Assembly (NCBI GenBank): GCA_963813335.1
Contig: CAWEYL010000004.1
Location: 93,252-157,251, forward strand
Source: an uncultured Chloroflexia bacterium
Lineage (GTDB): Bacteria; Chloroflexota; Limnocylindria; Limnocylindrales; CSP1-4
Direction of reading: 5' to 3'
DNA: 64,000 bases
Positions 32,652 through 42,984 of the stretch are shown here, piece after piece. Below the pieces are notes generated by a model. That model was not told where the DNA came from. It was given only the letters and a program-made list of their open reading frames with translations, and searched no databases. The stretch's first letter is position 1. Every line of letters begins with the position of its first letter. The position numbers were made by a program, and so were the translations under genes.

Positions 32652-32780
32652 CGCTCGTCCACCATGGCGACCCCCGACCACCCGGTCGGGGGTCGTTCGC
32701 GTGCCACGCGTTCCATGGTGAGGCGCCACGCCGATGCAACGGGACCCCGCGAGCCGAACGCACGGCTGACGCGCCACCGG

Positions 32781-33473
32781 ATGGACCCTTTGGCCATGGG
32801 GGCCCGCACGCCGGATGACTCGTTCCTGGAGGTGATCGCGCACGAGCTGCGCACGCCGGTCACGACGATCTATGCCGCCGCCTACGTCCTGGCCGCGGAC
32901 CGGCTCGAGCGCGGCGCCCGCCAGGCGCTCGCGGCAGACCTCGTCGCCGAATCGGAGCGCCTGTACCGCCTGGTCGAGGACCTGCTGGTCTTCGGCCAGG
33001 CCATCTCCGCCATCGGCAGCGCGCATGAGCCGGTCCTGCTCAGCCGGGTCGTCCTCGAGGTGATCGACCAGGAGCGGCTGCTGCTGGGGGGCCACCGGAT
33101 CGTGTTCACCGGCCCCCGCGACGCGGTCGCCGGATCGGCGGACGAGACCCTGGTGCGCCACGTGGTGCGCAACCTGCTTGACAATGCGATCCGCTACACC
33201 CCGCTCGGGGGACGGGTCGACGTGGTCATCCACCAGACGGCGGACGAGGTCATGGTGCGGGTCCTCGACGGCAGCCGACACGGTCCGTCCGCCGCCGCGA
33301 AGACCGCGTTGGAGATCACGACCGATCGGAGCAGCGCGGCGAGGCGAGCGGGAGCAGGGCTGCGCCTCCACGTCGCGGGGCGCCTGGCAACGGCCATGGG
33401 CGGACGGACCTGGGCCCGTCCCCGCAACGGGGCCGGGTCGGAGTTCGGTTTTGCGCTACCGCGGAGCGCCTGA
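32781..33473 (+). CDS. Sensor-less histidine kinase (HisKA + degenerate HATPase); start could be as early as 32664
   Basis: AHELRTP, NLLDNAIRY intact; G1/G2 boxes altered. Confidence 0.72.
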   Translation: MDPLAMGARTPDDSFLEVIAHELRTPVTTIYAAAYVLAADRLERGARQALAADLVAESERLYRLVEDLLVFGQAISAIGSAHEPVLLSRVVLEVIDQERLLLGGHRIVFTGPRDAVAGSADETLVRHVVRNLLDNAIRYTPLGGRVDVVIHQTADEVMVRVLDGSRHGPSAAAKTALEITTDRSSAARRAGAGLRLHVAGRLATAMGGRTWARPRNGAGSEFGFALPRSA

Positions 33474-33564
33474 CCTCCTTCGCCGGCGCTGCGTCAGGAT
33501 CGGTCCATTCGCTGGTCGGGGTCGGACCTGTCAGACTCGCGCCTCGCACTGAGGGGTCGCGTCC

Positions 33565-34236
33565 GTGGTCGAGGGGTCCGTCCTCCGCCTGTTCACGTTC
33601 CGCGCCGTCCGTCCAGCGTTCGACGAGATCCTGCGCCATGACCTGGTGCCGGACCTCAGCGCCCAGCCGGGGATCCTGGACTGCTACAGCGGCCGCCAGG
33701 GACCCGAGGAGATCGGGCCGCGGATCGTCTCGACAGTCTGGCGCGATCACGCCTCGATGATCGCCGCGGTGGGCCAGGAGCTGGGCCAGGGGCCCTTCCA
33801 CCCCGAGCTGCTGGAGGAGACGACCGACCGCGTCCTCGAGGTGTTGCCCATCCGAGTAGCCGCCACGGCGGAACTGGTCGAGCACCGGGCGCCGAAGATC
33901 CTGCGCACGCTCCGGGGCCGGGTCGGGCATATCGGACTCGGCGATTACCTCGCGGACGTCGAGGTGGGCACGTTCGCCGATATCACGGCCGGCATCGGCC
34001 CGACCGCGCTCTACGTCGCTGAAATGGCGCCGGATCGCTTCATCACGCTCTCGGCGTGGCGCGACTGGCCCGATATCGAGCGGGCCACCGGCGGCAATGT
34101 CCACCAGCCGCGGACCACGCGCCACCTCGAGCACCTGGTCGAGTGGGACGTGGCGCACTACGAGATCGTCCAGAGCTCGTGGGACCCGGCCTCGGAGACC
34201 GCCCGCTCGCCAGGCGGCGATCCGGCCCGGGCCTAG
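33565..34236 (+). CDS. Hypothetical protein with two ABM-like (dimeric alpha/beta barrel) repeats
   Basis: Two similar halves: VLRLFTFR…QPG…GRQ…STVWRD and ILRTLRGR…LSAWRDW. Confidence 0.6.
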   Translation: MVEGSVLRLFTFRAVRPAFDEILRHDLVPDLSAQPGILDCYSGRQGPEEIGPRIVSTVWRDHASMIAAVGQELGQGPFHPELLEETTDRVLEVLPIRVAATAELVEHRAPKILRTLRGRVGHIGLGDYLADVEVGTFADITAGIGPTALYVAEMAPDRFITLSAWRDWPDIERATGGNVHQPRTTRHLEHLVEWDVAHYEIVQSSWDPASETARSPGGDPARA

Positions 34237-36930
34237 AGGGCCAGCGGGTCCGTCTTGTCGGGGTCGATGCCCAGCTCGCGGATCGCCTTCGCGGCCTTCG
34301 ACGGGGCCAGCGCGCCGCAGCGCGCCAGCTCCGACGAGCGTGGCGGCCGCGATGCTGCGGTGGGTCGATCTCGAACAGCGACCGCAGGTTCTCGCGGGTG
34401 TCGCTGCGCCCGAACCCGTCCGTCCCCAGCGAGACGTACTGGGCGGGCAGCCAGCGCGAGACCATGTCGGGCAGGGTGCTCATCCAGTCGGTGGCGGCGA
34501 CGATCGGGCCGCCGTCCGCGGTGAGGATCGTGCTCACGTACGGCACCCGCGGCGTCTTCGCGTCCGGGTGGAGCCGGTTCCAGCGCTCCGCCTCGATCGC
34601 GTCGCGGCGGAGCAGCGGGAACGAGGGCGCGCTGTAGACCTCCGCGGCCACGCCGTACTTCTCGGCGAGGAGGTCGCGCGCGGCGATGACCTGCTGCAGG
34701 ATCGAGCCCGAGCCGACCAGCCGGGCCGGGTGGGCGTCGCGCCCGAGCTTGGGGGCGGCCGCGAACCGGTAGACGCCGCGCAGGATCTGCTCGTCGGTCA
34801 GGCCCTCCGGCCGCGGCGGCTGCGCGTAGTTCTCGTTGTAGAGCGTGATGTAGTAGAAGACGTCCTCGGGCTTGGCGCCGTACATCCGCTCGATGCCGTC
34901 GCGGACGACCGCCGCCAGCTCGTAGGCGAACGCCGGGTCGTAGGCGCGCAGGTTCGGGATCGTCGAGGCCAGGATGTGGGTCTGGCCGTCGTCGTGCTGG
35001 AGCCCCTCGCCGGTGAGCGTGGTCCGGCCGGCCGTGCCGCCCATCAGGAAGCCGCGGCCGCGCGCGTCGCCGAACGCCCACATCTGGTCGCCCGTGCGCT
35101 GGAAGCCGAACATCGAGTAGAAGATGTAGAACGGGATGGTCGGCAGCGCCGTGGGTCGCGTACGCGGTGCCGGCGGCCTGGAAGGAGGCCATCGAGCCGG
35201 CCTCGGTGATGCCCTCCTCGAGGACCTGGCCGTCGGTCGCCTCGCGGTACGAGAGCACCAGGTCGGAGTCGACCGGCTCGTAGCGCTGGCCGAGCGCCGA
35301 GTAGATGCCGACCTCCTTGAAGAGCGGGTCCATGCCGAAGGTGCGCGCCTCGTCCGGGATGATCGGCACGATCCGCGGGCCGAGCTCCTTGTCGCGGATG
35401 AGGTTGCGCAGGATCCGGGTGAAGACCATCGTGGTCGAGACCGGGGTCGGGCTGCCGCCGGCGAACTCGGCGTCCACCCCGGGCGCCGGTGACGCGAGCG
35501 GCTTCGAGCGGACGACCCGCTTCGGGAGCAGCCCGCCGAGCTCGCGGCGGCGCTCCATCAGGTACTCGATCTCCGGCGACTTGGGGCCCGGGTGGTAGTA
35601 CGGGGCGTCCTTGAGCTTCGCGTCGGGGATCGGCAGCTCGGATCCGGTCGCGGAAGATCTTCAGCTCGGCCTCGGTGAGCTTCTTGGCCTGGTGCGTGAC
35701 GTTGCGCGCCTCGACGCCCGGCCCGAGCGTCCAGCCCTTCACGGTCTTGGCCAGGATGACGGTCGGCACGCCCTTGTACTCGGTGGCGGCCTTGTACGCG
35801 GCGTAGACCTTGCGGTAGTCGTGGCCGCCGCGGCGGAGCTTGGCCAGGTCGTCGTCCGAGAGGTGCTCGACGAGCCGGCCGAGGCGCGGGTCGGGCCCGA
35901 AGAAGTGCTCGCGGATGTAGGCGCCGCCTGCGACCGAGAACTTCTGGAACTCGCCGTCGACCGTGTCGTTCATCTGCTGGACCAGCAGGCCGTCGACGTC
36001 GCGGGCCAGGAGGTCGTCCCACTCGCGGGCCCAGATGACCTTGATGACGTTCCAGCCGGAGCCGCGGAAGACGGCCTCGAGCTCCTGGATGATCTTGCCG
36101 TTGCCGCGGACCGGCCCGTCGAGGCGCTGCAGGTTGCAGTTGACGACGAAGGTCAGGTTGTCGAGGCCCTCGCGGGCCGCGACGTGCAGGGCGCCGAGCG
36201 ACTCGGGCTCGTCCGTCTCGCCGTCGCCGAGGAAGGCCCACACGCGCGAGCCGGAGGTGTCGAGCAGACCGCGGTTGTGGAGGTAGCGGTTGAAGCGGGC
36301 CTGGTAGATCGCCGAGATCGGCCCGAGGCCCATCGAGACCGTGGGGTACTCCCAGAAGTCGGGCATGAGGCGCGGATGCGGGTAGGAGCTGAGGCCCGCG
36401 TGCCCGGGAACGGTCTCGCGCCGGAAGTGGTCGAGCTGGTCCTCGGTCAGGCGACCCTCGAGGAAGGCCCGGGCGTAGATGCCCGGGGCGGCGTGGCCCT
36501 GGTAGAAGATCTGGTCGCCACTGCCCTCCCCGTCCTTGCCGCGGAAGAAGTGGTTGAAGCCGACCTCGTACAGGCTGGCCGAGCTGGCGTAGGTCGAGAG
36601 GTGGCCGCCGATGCCCGAGAAGCGGTTGTTCGCGCGGAGCACCATCGCCATCGCGTTCCAGCGGATGATCCGCCGGATGCGCAGCTCCATCTCCTCGTCG
36701 CCGGGGAAGTCGGGCTCCTGCTCGGGGCTGATGGTGTTGATGTAGCGGGTCTGGGTGAGCGGCGGGAGCCCGATCTGGAGCTGGCGCGCCCGCTTGAGGA
36801 GCTTGTAGATCAGGAACCGGGCTCGGACCTCGCCTTCGTCGGCCACGACCTGATCGAGCGAGGCCAGCCAGTCGTCGGTCTCGTCGGGGTCGATGTCGGG
36901 CAACTGGTGCTTGAACTGGTCGAAATACAT
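34233..36930 (-). CDS. aceE: Pyruvate dehydrogenase E1, homodimeric AceE type (several frameshifts)
   Basis: [80 protein letters not shown]. Confidence 0.93.
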
Positions 36931-37146
36931 GTAGGCGGCAGGGTAGCCCATCCGCTGCCGGGTTGCGGTCGGCAGGACGTTGCGGTTGGGTTTCGCGGCG
37001 GTGGACATCGGTCGGCGGCGTGCGTGGGCCGGACCCGGATGTTGCAGAACGCGATGACGGCGGGTTCGCCGGCACGCCCGACTGCAATGTCGGCGCAAGG
37101 CTCCAGAGTGCACCATGGCGGCTACATCACCCAGGAGATGCATGCC

Positions 37147-37905
37147 TTGAGTACCCAGCCGCTGGTGCTCGTCGCCGATGACGAGCCGCGCATCACGAAG
37201 CTCGTCTCGCTGGCCCTCGGGGAGGAGGGCTTCCGCGTCGTCACCGCCAACAGCGGCGAGGATGCCCTCGCGCGGGCCGAGGAAGTCCGCCCGGACATCG
37301 TCCTGCTCGACATCGTCATGCCCGACCTCGACGGCATCGAGGTCATGCGCCAGCTGCGCGAGCGACGTCCCGTCGCGGTCATCCTGCTGACCGCCAAGGG
37401 GTCCACCTCGGACAAGGCCAAGGGCCTCGACCTGGGCGCCGACGACTACATCGCCAAGCCGTTCCACCCCGACGAGCTGGCGGCGCGGGTGCGCGCGGTG
37501 CTGCGCCGCGTGACCGGTGCCCAGCCGGGCGCCGGGGTCCTGAAGTTCGACGACATCGAGATCGACCTCGAGCGGCGTGTGGTCACCAAGGACGGCGAGA
37601 TGGTCCAGCTGTCGCGGACCGAGTGGCTGCTGCTCCAGCACCTGGCCGCGAACGCCGGCAAGGTGGTCCTGCATACCGAGCTCCTGACCAAGGTGTGGGG
37701 CCCGGAGTACCGCGACGACCTCCAGTACCTGCGCGTCTGGGTCTCCCGCGTGCGCCGCAAGCTCGGTTCGGAGCCGGGCGAGCCGGGGCGGATCAAGACG
37801 TTCCAGGGGATCGGGTATCTGCTGGACGTTGAGCCGGCGACGTCCGGTGAGACCAATGCGGACGTCGAGGCCGACCGCGTCGAGGATCCGTCGCTCATCG
37901 GGTAG
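37147..37905 (+). CDS. OmpR/KdpE-family response regulator
   Basis: [35 protein letters not shown]…[16 protein letters not shown]; AGGAG RBS before TTG. Confidence 0.9.
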   Translation: MSTQPLVLVADDEPRITKLVSLALGEEGFRVVTANSGEDALARAEEVRPDIVLLDIVMPDLDGIEVMRQLRERRPVAVILLTAKGSTSDKAKGLDLGADDYIAKPFHPDELAARVRAVLRRVTGAQPGAGVLKFDDIEIDLERRVVTKDGEMVQLSRTEWLLLQHLAANAGKVVLHTELLTKVWGPEYRDDLQYLRVWVSRVRRKLGSEPGEPGRIKTFQGIGYLLDVEPATSGETNADVEADRVEDPSLIG

Positions 37906-37931
37906 TGGCGGGGAGTGGCGCGGGGTCACGT

Positions 37932-38001
37932 GGCGCGGGCGCCCGGCCGCCACGGATGCTTGCCACGCCGCGGCGCCCCGGCCGCGACCGATGCTTGCCA
38001 C
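37932..38001 (+). repeat. Imperfect 35-bp tandem duplication
   Basis: GATGCTTGCCAC at 37955 and 37990, each preceded by gcgccc(c)ggccgc. Confidence 0.55.
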
Positions 38002-38175
38002 CTCGGGTATGCGGCTCATTCCTAACCTTGGGCCTTGACCGGCAGGAAGCGAGCGATCGGCGGTCGGTTCACCGCAGGATCGAGCGTGGCCGAACCGAAG
38101 CCGGGCCTCCGTCCGGGCCGCGACACCACCTTGTCGACGCGCTACCCCAGAGAATATGAATGAGTGGCATACGGG
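38001..38175 (+). ncRNA. ssrS: Probable 6S RNA (SsrS-like)
   Basis: About 175-nt rod: closing stem gtatgcggctcattc/gaatgagtggcatac, apical stem tcggttc/gaaccga, central bubble with ccttgacc and acaccaccttg motifs resembling 6S RNAs; intergenic and lower in GC. Confidence 0.55.
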
Positions 38176-38251
38176 CCAAGGCAAGGGGCCAAGCGGGCCC
38201 CACCCCGCGTCCCGGCACCGCCCCGCCCCACCCCTGCGCTACCCTCGGGGC

Positions 38252-38858
38252 ATGCAGCGATATCACCCGGGGACCGCGCTGGTCGTCGTCGATCTCCAGA
38301 ACGATTTCGCGGATCCGGCCGGCGGTCTGAGCGTGGCCGGCGGCGACGCCATCGTCCCGACCGTGAACCGCGAGATCGAGATGGCCCGCAACAACGGCGC
38401 GCATCGTCGTCGCCACGCAGGACTGGCACCCGGAGTCGACGCCCCACTTCGCCAAGGACGGCGGCATCTGGCCGGTCCACTGCGTCGCCGACACGTGGGG
38501 CGCGGCGCTGCACCCGGACCTGGCCCTCCCCGATGACGCGCCGCGAGTCCGCAAGGGCGCCAACGGCGAGGACGGCTACTCCGGCTTCACGATGCGCGAC
38601 CCGGTCAGCGGCGAGACCATCCCCACAGAGCTCGAGGCGCTCCTCCGCGCGGCCGATATCCAACGTGTCGTCGTCGTCGGGCTCGCGACCGACTACTGCG
38701 TCAAGGCGACGGCGCTCGACGCCGTGCGGCTCGGCTTCGAGACCGCGGTGCTGACCGATGCCATCGCCGCCGTCGACCTCGAGCCCGGCGACGGCGATCG
38801 CGCGCTCGACGAGATGCGCACGGCCGGAGTCACGTTGTGGCGCACGGTGATGCGATGA
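38252..38858 (+). CDS. pncA: Nicotinamidase/pyrazinamidase (frameshift near 38400)
   Basis: VVDLQNDF..P.GGL.V, TQDWHP, WPVHCV, KG…YSGF, GLATDYCVKATALDA. Confidence 0.88.
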
Positions 38859-38892
38859 CGGCCCGATGATCCACGCGGTCGCGGGCCGATGA
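38855..38892 (+). other. Two chained relay mini-ORFs (MTAR*, MIHAVAGR*) linking pncA to the SRPBCC gene
   Basis: ATGA overlaps at 38855, 38866 and 38889. Confidence 0.5.
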
Positions 38893-39423
38893 TCCGCGCG
38901 GTCCTGCGCATCGGGGCGGCGGCGGTCGTCGCGGGCTGGGTCCTCGACCGCGTCCTCCGCTGGCGCGCCGGTGGCGGCAAGCCGTCGCCGATCGCGACGT
39001 CGGTCGTCATCGACGCCCCGATCGAGCGCGTCTGGGCGGCCGTCGCCGACGTCGAGGGGCAGCCGCGCTGGATGCGCGAGCTGAAGTCGGTCCGGCTGCT
39101 GACGCCGCCGCCCGTCGGCGGTCGGGACGCGGGGCGAGGGCACCGTCCGGATCCTGGGCATCGCCGTCACGGACCCGGTCGTCATCACCGAGTTCGAGCC
39201 GCCGACCCGGTTTGCGATCCGCCACGAGGGGGCGTTCTCCGGCGGCGGCACGATCACGCTGGAGCCGGGGCCGGGCACGGCCACCACCCTCCGCTGGGAC
39301 GAGCTCGTGATCCCGCCGCTCCTCCCGCATGCCGGGAGCCTCGTGCAGCGGCCGATCCTGCGGGCCATCTTCCAGGGCGACCTCGACCGCCTCCGCGACC
39401 TCGTCGAGACCGGCGCGATCTGA
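38889..39423 (+). CDS. SRPBCC (polyketide cyclase/dehydrase) family protein (frameshift near 39120)
   Basis: VIDAPIERVWAAVAD…PRWM, DPVVITEFEPP.RF.IRHEG, FQGDLDRLRDLVE. Confidence 0.8.
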
Positions 39424-39432
39424 CCGGCCGCG

Positions 39433-40338
39433 ATGCAGGTCCACCTCGTCGACGCCACCTACGAGCTCTTCCGGGCGCATTTCGCGCCGCGGCCGCCGGT
39501 CCTCGGGCGAGATGGCATCAACCTCTCGGGCGTGTCGGGGCTGTGCGACCAGCTCCTGTACCTGCTCCGCGAGGAGGGGGCGACACACGTCGGCTGCGCC
39601 ACGGACCGGGTCATCGAGTCCTTCCGCAACGACCTCTTCCCCGGCTACAAGTCGTCGGCCGGCATGCCGCCCGAGCTGCTGGCGCAGTTCCCCATCGCCG
39701 AAGCCGCCGTCGAGGCGCTCGGCATCGTGCTCTGGCCGATGGTCGAATTCGAGGCCGACGACGCCATCGCCGCCGCCGCGGTCCGTTTCGCTGCCGACCC
39801 TGCGGTCGAGCGCATCCTCGTGTGCACCCCGGACAAGGACATGGCCCAGCTCGTGGTCGACGAGCGCATCGTGCTCTGGGACCGCCGCCGCGGGATCACC
39901 TACGACGACGCCGGCGTGCGCGAGAAATGGGGCGTGCCGCCGACCTCGATCCCGGACTACCTCGCACTGGTCGGCGACTCGTCCGACGGCTACCCCGGCC
40001 TCACCGGCTGGGGCGCCAAGTCGACCGGCGCCGTGCTGACCGTCTACGGCCACCTCGAGGACGTGCCGAAGCAGGCCTCGAGGTGGGAGGTGCCCGGTGT
40101 CGGCGGATCACGGGCGATGGGGCTGGCTGCGGCGCTCCGCGACCAGTGGGCCGACGCGCTGCTGTACCGCGACCTCGCCCGGCTGCGGACCGTCGACGAC
40201 GGCGTCCCCATCCGCCAGCAGACGGTCGACGAGCTGCGCTGGGACGGCGCCCCGCGCGACGAGTGGGCCGCCTTCTGCGAGGAATGGGGCCTCGACCGGC
40301 TTCGATCGAGACCCCACCGCTGGCTGGACCCGGGATGA
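39433..40338 (+). CDS. 5'-3' exonuclease (flap endonuclease, H3TH)
   Basis: LVDATYELFR, SFRNDLFPGYK, FEADD, TPDKD, ALVGDSSDGYPG. Confidence 0.9.
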   Translation: MQVHLVDATYELFRAHFAPRPPVLGRDGINLSGVSGLCDQLLYLLREEGATHVGCATDRVIESFRNDLFPGYKSSAGMPPELLAQFPIAEAAVEALGIVLWPMVEFEADDAIAAAAVRFAADPAVERILVCTPDKDMAQLVVDERIVLWDRRRGITYDDAGVREKWGVPPTSIPDYLALVGDSSDGYPGLTGWGAKSTGAVLTVYGHLEDVPKQASRWEVPGVGGSRAMGLAAALRDQWADALLYRDLARLRTVDDGVPIRQQTVDELRWDGAPRDEWAAFCEEWGLDRLRSRPHRWLDPG

Positions 40339-40397
40339 CCTAGCGGCCGGTCCCGCCGGAGCGGCCAGGCGCTGCCATCCGGGCAGGTCGTCCGTGC

Positions 40398-41225
40398 TTA
40401 GCGGACCAGCTCGAGCAGCGCGCCGTGGTGGGCCGGCGGCGCGGCCAGGATGCCGATCGACGCCGGCGAATGCGCGACGTCGAACCACGGCGCCCCGACC
40501 ATCGAGGTCACGCGCGCCCCGCCGCGCTCGGCGATCAGCCCGGCCGCCGCGATGTCCCAGGTCGACAGGCCGCCCTGCTGGATGAAGGCATCGAACCGGC
40601 CGTTCGCGACATACGCGAGCGCGAGCGCGGCCGAGCCCATCGAGCGCGGGATGCGGATCGCCTTGCGCACGTTCCGGTTGCGGGTCGCGACCGCGCGGCC
40701 GTTCAGCGCCATCGAGATCACGAAGTCGCTGAGGCGCTCCTTGTCCGAAGTGTGGGTGGCCCGGCCGTCGAGCGTGGCCGGGCCGTCGGATGTCGCCGCG
40801 AAGGTCTCGCCCCGGGTCGGGTCGTGGACGACGCCGACCGCCGGACGGCCGCCATCGACCATCGCGATCGAGACGCAGAAGAACGGGATGCCGTTCGCGT
40901 AGTTCACGGTGCCGTCGAGGGGGTCGACGATCCAGACGCGGCCCCTCCCCGAGGTGGGCGCCTCGCCCGCGACCGCCCGATGCTCCCCGCTCTCCTCGGC
41001 CAGGATCGCGTCGTCCGGGTAGCGGGCACGGATCGCGTCGAGGATCAGCGCCTCGGACAGGTGGTCCGCCTCGGTCACCACGTCCCGGGCGCTCTTGTAG
41101 TCGATCTGCTCGAGCCGCTCGTAGTGGGCCATCAGGACCTCGCCGCCGCGCACGGCCAGGCCGAGCGAGAAGGCGAGCTCGTCCGCGTATGTGCTGGCGG
41201 CCGGGGTGACGGCGGGCGCGGTCAT
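40398..41225 (-). CDS. Inositol monophosphatase family protein
   Basis: DVVTEAD, LAEE, WIVDPLDGTVNY, GSAAL, WDIAAAGLI. Confidence 0.92.
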   Translation of the reverse strand: MTAPAVTPAASTYADELAFSLGLAVRGGEVLMAHYERLEQIDYKSARDVVTEADHLSEALILDAIRARYPDDAILAEESGEHRAVAGEAPTSGRGRVWIVDPLDGTVNYANGIPFFCVSIAMVDGGRPAVGVVHDPTRGETFAATSDGPATLDGRATHTSDKERLSDFVISMALNGRAVATRNRNVRKAIRIPRSMGSAALALAYVANGRFDAFIQQGGLSTWDIAAAGLIAERGGARVTSMVGAPWFDVAHSPASIGILAAPPAHHGALLELVR

Positions 41226-41263
41226 CGCGTGAGCGCGCCGGTCGGGGACTTCGACCCGGTCAT
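41222..41263 (-). other. Relay mini-ORF MTGSKSPTGALTR*
   Basis: Start overlaps upstream stop (ATGA 41263-41260); stop overlaps IMPase start (ATGA 41225-41222). Confidence 0.45.
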
Positions 41264-41757
41264 GGCGCGGCGCACTCGACCGCGAGGTCGCGGACCGTGC
41301 CGCCCAGTTCGGTGACCTCCTGGGTGAAGGTGACGGTCGCCTTCGGGTCGATGCGCGGGCTGAGCACGATCGCCCCGCTGCCGCCGTTGCGGTCCTTCGG
41401 GTCGGTGACGCGGCAGGTCGTGGCGCCGGTCGCGGTGCCCGTGTTCGTGACCGTCAGCGTGACGGCGAGGGCCGCGCCGGCCGGTGCCGCCGCCGCCACG
41501 ACGCTCGCCTGGAACGGCCCGACCCCGGACACCGTCATCCGGGCGAAGACGGCGAGGAGGACCACCGCGACCAGCACCCCGATGAAGATCGTCCCGTGGG
41601 CCTGCGAGGCGGCCGGGTCCTTGAGCCCGAGCGGGTTGCAGCGCTCGCACAACGCCGTGTCGATGTCGACCGGCGCCCCGCAGCGCAGGCAACCGTGGGT
41701 CAGGCCGGGCGGGGTGGGTGCCGGATCGGCGGCCGCGGTCGGGGTCGGGGTCGTCAC
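41260..41757 (-). CDS. Hypothetical protein: zinc ribbon + TM helix + extracellular Ig-like domain
   Basis: CLRCG…CERC, hydrophobic helix, VTNTG…C…C domain. Confidence 0.7.
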   Translation of the reverse strand: MTTPTPTAAADPAPTPPGLTHGCLRCGAPVDIDTALCERCNPLGLKDPAASQAHGTIFIGVLVAVVLLAVFARMTVSGVGPFQASVVAAAAPAGAALAVTLTVTNTGTATGATTCRVTDPKDRNGGSGAIVLSPRIDPKATVTFTQEVTELGGTVRDLAVECAAP

Positions 41758-41856
41758 GGGGTCGATGGTGCCACGAAACGGGCGGGGCGGCGGCGCGTGC
41801 CTGGGACGGGTCGTGCCGGTCGCCCATTCCGCCTCCGTGGCAACCTGGCAGAACGA

Positions 41857-42114
41857 CCACGGGCAGAACGTTATGGCCGGTCTGCCGCCGAATCCACCGA
41901 ACCCGGGGCGGAACGCCGCGTGGATCCTTCCACGTCCACGCACGCGGATCGGTCCAACGGCCACGACCCTGCCCCGAAACGGCGCGCGGATCTCCGGGGT
42001 TTCGGCCATAACGTTCCGTGGGTGAGCGTTGTGCCGGGTTCGGCCGCACTGGCCGGCGGCGCCCCTGAGCGTTGTGCCGGGTTCGGCCGCGCTGGCCGGC
42101 GGCGCCCCTGAGCG
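41857..42114. repeat. Inverted-repeat (MITE/REP-like) element plus 2x43-bp tandem repeat
   Basis: Perfect 14-bp IR GAACGTTATGGCCG (41866-41879 / 42003-42016), extended by ccacgg/ccgtgg; 43-bp units at 42023-42065 and 42066-42108. Confidence 0.75.
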
Positions 42115-42138
42115 GCCGGCCGCCACGAACCCCCGGCC

Positions 42139-42979
42139 CTACCAGCGAGCGACCGCGTCCACCAGCAGGTCCACGTCGGCGGTCGTGCGGGCCAGCACGA
42201 TGGCGCCGTCGGCGCCGGCCGCGCGCCACCGTTCCCAGGTCTCGCGCGGCTCACGCACCCAGGGCGACCCATCCAGGGTCTCGTCCGACAGCCACTCGCC
42301 CTGGAAACCGACGTAGACGGCCTGGTCCGCGCGGGATCTGCCGGCCGCCTCGAGCCCGTCGAGGTACAGCGGCAGAGTCCGTCTCGAACCGCTCCTCGAA
42401 CGTCGTCCAGCCATCGCCGATGCGGGCCGCCAGCCGCGCCCCGGCCGGGGTCTCGCCACCGATGATGATCCGCGGCGCCGGATCGGGCACCGGCCGCGCG
42501 TACGCCTCGACCAGCGGGTAGAACGGCGACTCGCGCGTGACCGGCCCGCCCGTCCACAGCGCGCGGATCACCGCGACCGCCTCCTCGAGCCGCGCGACGC
42601 GCTCGGCCGTCGGCGGGAAGTCGATGCCGTAGGCCGCGTGCTCCCTCGGGTGGCCGCCGATGCCGATCCCGAGCACGAGCCGGCCGCCGCTCGCGATCTG
42701 GAGGGTCGAGGCCATGCGCGCCACGACCGCCGGGTGGCGGTTCACGACATTCAGCACGAACGACCCGAGCGAGATCCGCGAGGTCGCGCCGGCGGCCATC
42801 GCCAGCGCGGTCCAGCCCTCGACCACCGGGACGGTCAGGTCGCCGCGGCCCATGAAGTGGTCCCACGCCCAGACGCCGGCGTAGCCGGCCGCGTCGAGCC
42901 GCCGGGCGCTCTCGAGCCACCAGCCGGGCTCGGTGCGGATCGTGCGGAGGGTGACGCCGATCGGGAGAGCGCCGGTCAC
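42139..42979 (-). CDS. LLM-class (luciferase-like, probably F420-dependent) oxidoreductase (frameshift near 42378)
   Basis: WAWDHF, EGWTAL, RHPAVVARMASTL…SGGRLVLGIGIG, IIIGG. Confidence 0.87.
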
Positions 42980-42984
42980 CGGCC

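Noticed and set aside
42023-42108. 43-bp repeats as mini-CRISPR
   Set aside because: Directly abutting tandem copies with no spacer
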